From an uncultured Acidimicrobiales bacterium (lineage in GTDB: Bacteria; Actinomycetota; Acidimicrobiia; Acidimicrobiales; SHLQ01): a DNA stretch of 64,000 bases. Positions within the stretch are counted from its first letter, which is position 1. Each line of letters opens with the position of its first letter. A program made the translations under genes and the position numbers. Location: assembly GCA_938002955.1 (NCBI GenBank), contig CALLAA010000039.1, positions 397 to 64,396 on the forward strand. Reading direction: 5' to 3'. Positions 32,614 through 39,045 of the stretch are shown here, in pieces. Below the pieces are notes generated by a model, which was not told the DNA's origin, did no database searches, and was given only the letters and a program-made list of their open reading frames with translations.

Positions 32614-32659
32614 CACGAGCGGCATTGAGCCATCAGCACGAGCGACATTGAGCCATCAG
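32614..32659. repeat. Tandem 23-bp direct repeat in the dapA upstream region
   Basis: CACGAGCGGCATTGAGCCATCAG (32614-36) and CACGAGCGACATTGAGCCATCAG (32637-59) match 22 of 23. The palindrome TCGCGT-cgc-ACGCGA at 32661-32675 follows. Confidence 0.9.
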
Positions 32660-32693
32660 GTCGCGTCGCACGCGAGCGCCACCAATCTTGCCG

Positions 32694-33437
32694 CTAGACG
32701 GGGACGTCGCCTCGCGCTTGGTCGCCTCGTCGGATCCGTATCAGCACGAGTGCATATCCAATGGCGCCGATTGTCGCGAAGGTGAACCACTGAAACGCGT
32801 AGCTGCGATGCGGACCCTCACCGAGATCTGGAGCCGGCACCGGTGTTGGAATCGACGAGATACGAGGCGGTTCCTGGGCATCGAGTTCAAGGTAGAACCC
32901 AGCATCGAGCGCTGGGTCGAGGCCGAGCAGCTCTGCGGCCAACCGGGCGTCGGGTCGGGTGAGTTGCGATTCGTCTTCGCTGACCCGGCCGTCATCGAGA
33001 CCTTCGCGCAAGAGGCCCTCGATCACGAGCGGAGCAGATTCGGCGTCAGCATCGGTGAGCGGCGCTGAACCTTGCGTTCCCAAGATGACACCGCGGTTGA
33101 CGAAGCCCCGGTTCACGAGCAGGTCACCATCGGCAGTCTCAAGGTTCGTCCATAGCCAAAAGCCGGGTGCGCCTTCGTCACTGCGATTGGCGATGAGGAT
33201 CTCCTGGCCGGAGTTGTACGTCCCCGACACCTGAACTCTCCGAAACTCGAGTGAGCTCGGGTCATCGCCGATGACCTCACTGAGCAGAACAGGTGCGTCC
33301 ATGCGCGACTCCACCAAGACATTTTCGTCCTGGCGTTCGTTCAGCCGTTCGATCTGCCAAAACCCCGCGGCGATAAACGCAGCGACGACAGAGACCGCGA
33401 AGAGGTGAGAGAGAAGCCAGCGGGGGGTGAGGAACAC
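32694..33437 (-). CDS. SURF1 family cytochrome oxidase assembly protein
   Basis: N-terminal transmembrane segment with RWLLSHLF...WQIERL, and C-terminal HRSYAFQWFTFATIG plus a second transmembrane segment. Confidence 0.8.
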   Translation of the reverse strand: MFLTPRWLLSHLFAVSVVAAFIAAGFWQIERLNERQDENVLVESRMDAPVLLSEVIGDDPSSLEFRRVQVSGTYNSGQEILIANRSDEGAPGFWLWTNLETADGDLLVNRGFVNRGVILGTQGSAPLTDADAESAPLVIEGLLREGLDDGRVSEDESQLTRPDARLAAELLGLDPALDAGFYLELDAQEPPRISSIPTPVPAPDLGEGPHRSYAFQWFTFATIGAIGYALVLIRIRRGDQARGDVPV

Positions 33438-33441
33438 AGCG

Positions 33442-33957
33442 TTACGGAAGGAGCTGATCGAATTCGATCTCGTCGCGTACCGGCACGCCGTCGACCGTTC
33501 GAGTCAGCGATGACTGACTGCGGCGGGCGACAGCATCGATCGCACCGGGCCGGGCCGTACAGAGGCGGAACCCGTAGCGTTGCAGGGCTCGCTGAACCTC
33601 GAAGTCCGCATTTGAACAAATGGTGTAGACCCGACGACACATCGGCGGGGCGTACGTCTTGGCTGCATCGATCAACAGGCCGACCAGTTCGTCATCGAAT
33701 GGCGCCGAGGCAATGACGGAAAGTTCGAGCTCTTCGCGATGGCGGGCCAAGGTAAGCAAGGCCACCATCTGTCCGCCGCGCTCGGCGATCAGACCGGGAA
33801 GAACAGCCACGTCGACCACCAGCCCGCGGCGCACGCGATACCGGCCACCGGTGCTTTCCAGCAGTTCGACAGCCCACGCGAAATCCTCGCTTGAGTACGG
33901 GCGAATCGACGGCTGGATCGCGTCGAGATCCATACGCGGTGTGTCGATCGTGACCAT
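33442..33957 (-). CDS. GNAT-like N-acetyltransferase (tentative)
   Basis: 171 aa with a C-terminal N..A...LQRYGF pattern that resembles GNAT motif B. No stronger evidence. Confidence 0.5.
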   Translation of the reverse strand: MVTIDTPRMDLDAIQPSIRPYSSEDFAWAVELLESTGGRYRVRRGLVVDVAVLPGLIAERGGQMVALLTLARHREELELSVIASAPFDDELVGLLIDAAKTYAPPMCRRVYTICSNADFEVQRALQRYGFRLCTARPGAIDAVARRSQSSLTRTVDGVPVRDEIEFDQLLP

Positions 33958-34059
33958 GACCTGACGATACTTCAGACTGCGCTGGGACGTCGGGCCGATA
34001 GGTCAAAATCGTTGAAGAACATACTCGTTCATCGGTATGTGGGAATCGCCGGCAATAGG

Positions 34060-34881
34060 TCAGCTGGATGTTGCTTCGCCGAAAAGGAGAACATCGAGGC
34101 CGAGGGTGAGCCCATGTTGTTCGCCGATACGGCGGGTCGCGAGCAACACGCCGGGCATAAAGGAGTTTCGGTGGATGCTGTCGTGCCGGATGGTCAGTGT
34201 TTCGCCGGTGGTCCCAAAGATGACCTCCTGGTGCGCGACCATTCCGTGCATACGCACGCCGTGGACGCCCACTCCCCCGACCTTGCCTCCTCGGGCACCA
34301 GCCACGACCTCTTGTTCGGTCGGGTCCGTATCCCATTCCGAGTCGCTGGCTTGTTTCGCAGCCTCGATTCGTTGGGCGGTCATCATCGCTGTGCCCGATG
34401 GAGCATCGCGCTTCGCGTTGTGATGGAACTCGATGACTTCAGCCGTCTCGAAGAACGGCGCCGCGAGTTCGGCCATCCGCATCATCATGACGGCACCGAT
34501 TGCAAAGTTCGGTGCGATGATCGCATTGCTGTTCACGAACGCAGCACGGAACGCATCGAGATCCTCTGCGCTAAAGCCGGTCGTACCGACGACCGCATGA
34601 ACGCCGTTGGCCCCACACCAGTCGAGGACGGTCCGGCTGACGTTGAGATGGGTGAAGTCGATGACGACATCGATGTCGTCCGGGTTGAGCTGATCGACCG
34701 CGCCAACGGCGACGACATCAGCTGCTGGCGCTGACGTGATGTGGTTGATATCGCCGAGCCGCTCCCCCTCAACCGACGGGTCGACGCCCGCGACGAGCAG
34801 CAGATCTTCGGCGGCCTCGACCGCTCGGCAGACCTCGCCACCCATTCGACCACCTGCACCTGTTACTGCGACACGGATCAT
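34060..34881 (-). CDS. dapB: 4-hydroxy-tetrahydrodipicolinate reductase
   Basis: N-terminal VAVTGAGGRMG Rossmann motif and EFHHNAKRDAPSGTA (compare E. coli EAHHRHKVDAPSGTA). ATG at 34881 preferred. Confidence 0.93.
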   Translation of the reverse strand: MIRVAVTGAGGRMGGEVCRAVEAAEDLLLVAGVDPSVEGERLGDINHITSAPAADVVAVGAVDQLNPDDIDVVIDFTHLNVSRTVLDWCGANGVHAVVGTTGFSAEDLDAFRAAFVNSNAIIAPNFAIGAVMMMRMAELAAPFFETAEVIEFHHNAKRDAPSGTAMMTAQRIEAAKQASDSEWDTDPTEQEVVAGARGGKVGGVGVHGVRMHGMVAHQEVIFGTTGETLTIRHDSIHRNSFMPGVLLATRRIGEQHGLTLGLDVLLFGEATSS

Positions 34882-34941
34882 GGCGTGGAGCCTAGTTCGC
34901 CGACCTCGTTCGCCCACTAGCTCGCGGGTTTGGTCCCGCTG

Positions 34942-35868
34942 TTAGTCGAGCGGTGCTCGAGCAACGACGTAAATGAACGTCTCGCCAACGAATTGCCGGC
35001 GCACTCCGAGGCGGCGCATCAACGCAGTGCCAGACGCGCGGTGAGCGAGCCTGTCGATCGCGTCTGTTCGGTCGAGCACCACTGCCCGCGCCCTTGCGCC
35101 AGTGGTCGCAAATCCTCGACGATGCCAGTGGCTTCGTGCCACCGTGCGCTTCAGCCATCGCAGCGGCGACTGGGAAGTACGACGCTGCGGGGTTGTGGTT
35201 GCGGCCTCGGCAAGCACCAGACCGTGGCGCTCGGCCAACTCCGCAACGCCGCTCGGAAAGGCGTACAGAATGTGGTCGACGTTCTCCCAGGCGTCGCCGC
35301 GTTGACCAGCGCGGACACGGGCGGGAGCGTAGGGGTTCGGCGTGGTGATGATCAGCTCGCCATCGGCGCTCAGACCTTCTTGGGCCGCGGCGAACAACAT
35401 GTCGAGGTTGCCAACGTGTTCGATGAGCTCGCCGGCCACCATCACTTGGAAGGGGCCGAGCTCGGCGAGCGGTCCGAGTCCGAACGACAGATCGTGGACG
35501 ACGGCGTCGTAGCCAGCCGAGCGCATGGCCTCTACTCCGGTGTCCAAGATGTCGACACCGATACAGCTCTTGGCCGCCTGGGCAACGTGTGCGTGAAGCC
35601 ATCGACCAGAGGTCATCCGCTCGGTGTCGTGTGCAACACAGCCGATGTCGAGCACGGTCTTACCGGCAACCCGATCGGTGATGAACGACACACGATCTGC
35701 TACCGGAGAGCGCCACGCAGCAGCGAGCGTTCGGGCTCGATCGCCAATGACCGCCATATCGTTTGGATCGCTCGATGCTACGGACCAGTGGTTCCTTGCG
35801 CCGATTGGATCGTGGCGATGGAACTCGGTTATGGACTCGCGATCATGAGACAGGTCAATCTGGGCCAT
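34942..35868 (-). CDS. Class I SAM-dependent methyltransferase
   Basis: Motif I VLDIGCVAHD and post-motif GELIEHVGNLDMLF. Divergent from the DUF4956/VTC pair. Confidence 0.7.
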   Translation of the reverse strand: MAQIDLSHDRESITEFHRHDPIGARNHWSVASSDPNDMAVIGDRARTLAAAWRSPVADRVSFITDRVAGKTVLDIGCVAHDTERMTSGRWLHAHVAQAAKSCIGVDILDTGVEAMRSAGYDAVVHDLSFGLGPLAELGPFQVMVAGELIEHVGNLDMLFAAAQEGLSADGELIITTPNPYAPARVRAGQRGDAWENVDHILYAFPSGVAELAERHGLVLAEAATTTPQRRTSQSPLRWLKRTVARSHWHRRGFATTGARARAVVLDRTDAIDRLAHRASGTALMRRLGVRRQFVGETFIYVVARAPLD

Positions 35869-35946
35869 ACGGCCTACATCGGCCCGTACAGCGCTGAGTT
35901 GAGTGCCCGGTTTCCGACGACCGAAATTCGCTAGCCCGATGACGAA

Positions 35947-36663
35947 ATGGATGCCGAGGTTGCGTTACCGTTAACGGGAGCTGAACAGCGAGTTGCGGGG
36001 GCGGTAGTGGAACAGAGTCAAATGATTTTGGCGGGCGCGGACGTGGCTTGCCTGTTGTTTCTCGTGTTCGTCGTCTTCGTCCCACGCTTCCACCGACGCG
36101 ACGTCGCAGTGGCGCTGTGCACGCTCAACTTGGGCGTTCTCAGCATTTCTATGCTGCTGACAAACTCCGAGGTAAGCGCTGGGTTAGGTCTCGGGCTGTT
36201 TGGATTGCTCAGCATCGTGCGCCTTCGATCCGACGAGATGACCCACGAGGAGATGTCGTTCTACTTCTGTGCGCTCATCCTCGGCATGATCGGTGGAATT
36301 GCAACCGGGCCGCTCTGGATGCCGCTCGCCGCAATGGGAGCCCTCGTCGCCACCGTGTTCCTCGTCGGACACCCTCGGCTACTTTCCGACGTGCAGGTCC
36401 GAACCATCGTGCTCGATCGAGCCACAGCCCGCTCCAGCGAGATCCGTGACCGGCTCGACACCGTGATCGACGGCCGAGTCCTGACCCTGCGGGTACTTCG
36501 AGTCGATCTGATCAATGACTCCACGACGGTCCAGGTTCGCTACCGTGAGAACGATCCGCCGGAGGAGCGGCCGTCACTCCCCGCATCCCCAACGATCGAC
36601 CTACGCGAACACGCCCGGCCGTCGACGTCACCGACGTTGCAACCACCGCCGGTTCCACAATGA
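35947..36663 (+). CDS. DUF4956-like integral membrane protein
   Basis: Four to five hydrophobic segments. The motif GLGLFGLLSIVRLRSDEM is one I associate with DUF4956. Overlaps the next gene by ATGA. Confidence 0.65.
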   Translation: MDAEVALPLTGAEQRVAGAVVEQSQMILAGADVACLLFLVFVVFVPRFHRRDVAVALCTLNLGVLSISMLLTNSEVSAGLGLGLFGLLSIVRLRSDEMTHEEMSFYFCALILGMIGGIATGPLWMPLAAMGALVATVFLVGHPRLLSDVQVRTIVLDRATARSSEIRDRLDTVIDGRVLTLRVLRVDLINDSTTVQVRYRENDPPEERPSLPASPTIDLREHARPSTSPTLQPPPVPQ

Positions 36664-37481
36664 CGTTCCGTTACATCGATGCGTTCGCTCCGGTCTCGCT
36701 CGATCAGCTGAACGCGACCGCCGACCTACTGAACCGCGTCGACCGTAAGTACCTGCTTCCGCTGGTCGAGCTCGATGCGTTCTTGGGCAGCCTCGTTTCG
36801 AGTTGTGTGGTCCTCGAGATCAATGCACGTCGAAGCTTCGGCTATCGGTCCGTGTATTTCGATGATGCGGAGCGCTCGTCGTATCACACCTCGGCCACTG
36901 GCCGACGCCAGCGATTCAAGGTTCGCACGCGGACGTACCTCGACAGCGGCGAATGTATGGCGGAGGTCAAGGTCCGCGGACCTCGCGGACAGAACGTGAA
37001 GCTCCGTCAGTCGCATCCAGCCGATCAGCCCACCCGCCTTGGGTCGGGTCTCGAATTTGTCGACCGGACGCTGGCCGGCCGCGGCTGTGCGCACCACCTT
37101 CGGCCCGTACTCCGGACCACGTATTCACGAACAACGTTCTTGCACGTCGCCAGCAACTCGAGGGTCACGATCGATACCGGGCTCTCCGCCGCTCACCTCC
37201 AGGGAGTGCAGGCAATCTCGATTCCGGAGCTGGCGATCGTCGAAACGAAATCAGCCGGCGTTGCGAGCACTATCGATCGGTGGCTGTGGGCGCATGGACA
37301 TCGGCCGTCGAAAGTCAGCAAGTACGCGACGCTGATGGCGATGCTCGACCCGTCGCTCTCGCACAACAAGTGGCATCGAACCGTTCAGCAGATCGAGCCG
37401 TATGCCGAGCGATGCGACCGTGTTCGTGCCGCGTTCGTTTCGGCTGCCGAGCTCCATAGGCGTTCTCTGGTCGCCCAGTAG
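36660..37481 (+). CDS. VTC domain (polyphosphate polymerase / CYTH-like tunnel) protein
   Basis: N-terminal LLNRVDRKYLL, YRSVYFDD, RFKVRTRTY and AEVKVRG strand pattern typical of bacterial VTC-domain proteins. Classic adjacency to a DUF4956 protein. Confidence 0.7.
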   Translation: MTFRYIDAFAPVSLDQLNATADLLNRVDRKYLLPLVELDAFLGSLVSSCVVLEINARRSFGYRSVYFDDAERSSYHTSATGRRQRFKVRTRTYLDSGECMAEVKVRGPRGQNVKLRQSHPADQPTRLGSGLEFVDRTLAGRGCAHHLRPVLRTTYSRTTFLHVASNSRVTIDTGLSAAHLQGVQAISIPELAIVETKSAGVASTIDRWLWAHGHRPSKVSKYATLMAMLDPSLSHNKWHRTVQQIEPYAERCDRVRAAFVSAAELHRRSLVAQ

Positions 37482-37486
37482 TCGTG

Positions 37487-38734
37487 TCAGCTGAGCGGGG
37501 CGAGCGCTTCGGTTGAGCCGACCAGCGAGGTAATCGACGGGGTTCCAAAGACGTCGCCAATGACGCTGTTGACATCGTCGACGGTGACCGCTGCGAGTCG
37601 CTGGAGAAACTCATCGATTGGAACGATGTTTCGCCGCATTGCTTCGCTCGTCGCCATCCGGCTCATGCGTGAGCCCGAATCCTCGAGTCCGAGAATGACC
37701 GAACCCTCAAGGCCGGTGCGGGCAAGCTCGAGCTCGTGGGATGTAATGCCCTCGTCGACGAATCGTTTCATCTCGACCTGGAGCGCCGCGATCAGCTCGC
37801 CGCCGCGTTGTGCCGACGTTGCGGCATAGATGCTGGCCGAACCGGTGTCGGCATACCCCGACGTCTGGGAGAAGACCGTGTAGGCAAGCGCCTGGTCCTC
37901 ACGGATGCTCTGGAACAGACGCGAAGAGGGAGAGCCGCCGAGAATCTGATTTGCCATCGCCAGCGCGTAACGACGGGGATCGCCATGGCCGAGGCAGCGC
38001 CAACCGAGGGCGACGTGCACCTGTTCGACCGGCAGCTCGGTGACGACGACCTTCTCCTCGACCTCGCTCACGGGAAGTCTCGTGGGAGCGTCTCCGAGCG
38101 AGAGGTCGCCGAAGTGTTGTTCGGCCATCTGGACAATTTCCTCATGGTCCACGTCGCCAGCAGCGGAGATCACCAGGTTTGCTGGCTGGTACCAGGTCGA
38201 GTGGAAGTCAGCAATGTGGGTAGATCGCATGGCGTCGATCGTGTCCGGATCGCCGAGGACCTCTCGACCGAGGGAATGCCCGTCGAAGAGTTCTTCGTAC
38301 AGCGCAATGTGGACGACGTCGTCGGGCGTGTCGTAGGCAGCGACGAGCTCCTCGTTGATCACCATCCGTTCGGCGTCTACGTCGCTCTCACGGAGCGCTG
38401 GACGTCGAAGAACATCGAAGAGAACATCGGTGGCCATGCGACGAGCCGATGCTGGTACCCGCGTGTAGAACGCGGTGTGCTCCCGGGCGGTGAATGCGTT
38501 CATGTCGCCGCCGACGCCGTCTATTGCTTCGGCGACGGCTCGGGCGGAGCGGTCCTCGGTGCCCTTGAAGAGGAGGTGTTCGAGAAAGTGGGATGCCCCA
38601 GAACGCTCGGGGGTTTCGTCGCGAGATCCAACCGCGACCCAAACGCCTAACGAGGCGGTTCGTGAGGAGGACATGTGCTCGGTGACGATTCGAAGACCGT
38701 TGTCGAGTGTGGTTCGGGTGAGGTGATCAGACAT
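37487..38734 (-). CDS. pepR: M16 family zinc metallopeptidase (PepR-like)
   Basis: Inverted zinc motif HFLEHLLFKGT. Conserved position downstream of pnp. ATG at 38734 (MSDHLTRTTLDNGLRIV) preferred. The ORF-track ATG at 38824 lies inside a 13-bp hairpin. Confidence 0.88.
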   Translation of the reverse strand: MSDHLTRTTLDNGLRIVTEHMSSSRTASLGVWVAVGSRDETPERSGASHFLEHLLFKGTEDRSARAVAEAIDGVGGDMNAFTAREHTAFYTRVPASARRMATDVLFDVLRRPALRESDVDAERMVINEELVAAYDTPDDVVHIALYEELFDGHSLGREVLGDPDTIDAMRSTHIADFHSTWYQPANLVISAAGDVDHEEIVQMAEQHFGDLSLGDAPTRLPVSEVEEKVVVTELPVEQVHVALGWRCLGHGDPRRYALAMANQILGGSPSSRLFQSIREDQALAYTVFSQTSGYADTGSASIYAATSAQRGGELIAALQVEMKRFVDEGITSHELELARTGLEGSVILGLEDSGSRMSRMATSEAMRRNIVPIDEFLQRLAAVTVDDVNSVIGDVFGTPSITSLVGSTEALAPLS

Positions 38735-38793
38735 GTGCTCGTGGCAGCGTAGACACCCAGCGCCGATCTCCGACACCTCAACCGACAAGACTT

Positions 38794-38836
38794 CTGTGGA
38801 GTCTGAGGGTCGATATTCGGCCATCAGACTCCACAG
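38794..38836 (-). other. Perfect 13-bp stem-loop between pnp and pepR
   Basis: CTGTGGAGTCTGA (38794-38806) pairs with TCAGACTCCACAG (38824-38836). 17-nt loop. Confidence 0.8.
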
Positions 38837-38842
38837 ATCCGC

Positions 38843-38877
38843 AAAAACGGAGAAAGGCCCCGGGCGAACCCGGGACC
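38843..38877 (-). terminator. Intrinsic terminator downstream of pnp
   Basis: Minus strand reads GGUCCCGGG-UUCG-CCCGGGGCC (9-bp stem, UUCG tetraloop, 38856-38877), followed by UUUCUCCGUUUUU. Confidence 0.7.
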
Positions 38878-38905
38878 TCCCTCAAAATGGTGCTGTGACC
38901 TCACC

Positions 38906-39007
38906 GCAAGTTTCGAGCCCCTAGGCGAGAAACACACGTTGCAGATCACTACCGCAAGCGTCTACCCCTCGGACCGACGGCAAGTTTCGAGCCGCTAGGC
39001 GAGAAAC
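38906..39007. repeat. Two 28-nt direct repeats, 74 bp apart, in the pnp 3' region
   Basis: GCAAGTTTCGAGCCCCTAGGCGAGAAAC (38906-38933) and GCAAGTTTCGAGCCGCTAGGCGAGAAAC (38980-39007) match 27 of 28. Each has GTTTC...GAAAC termini and an internal CTAGG. A degenerate ACCGCAAG copy lies at about 38951. Confidence 0.85.
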
Positions 39008-39045
39008 TTGGGTTTGCCGATCCTCGAAGAGGTGAGGCAATACAG

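Noticed and set aside
32614-32659. Leader peptide/attenuator for dapA (tiny ORF MAQCRSC within the repeats, minus strand)
   Set aside because: There is no RBS and no Lys or other regulatory codon run. The ATG simply recurs because it is part of the repeat.
38906-39007. CRISPR array
   Set aside because: There are only two 28-nt repeats (plus one degenerate fragment). The spacing is a single 46-nt interval. No cas genes or leader are in the window. I report it as a repeat, not as CRISPR.
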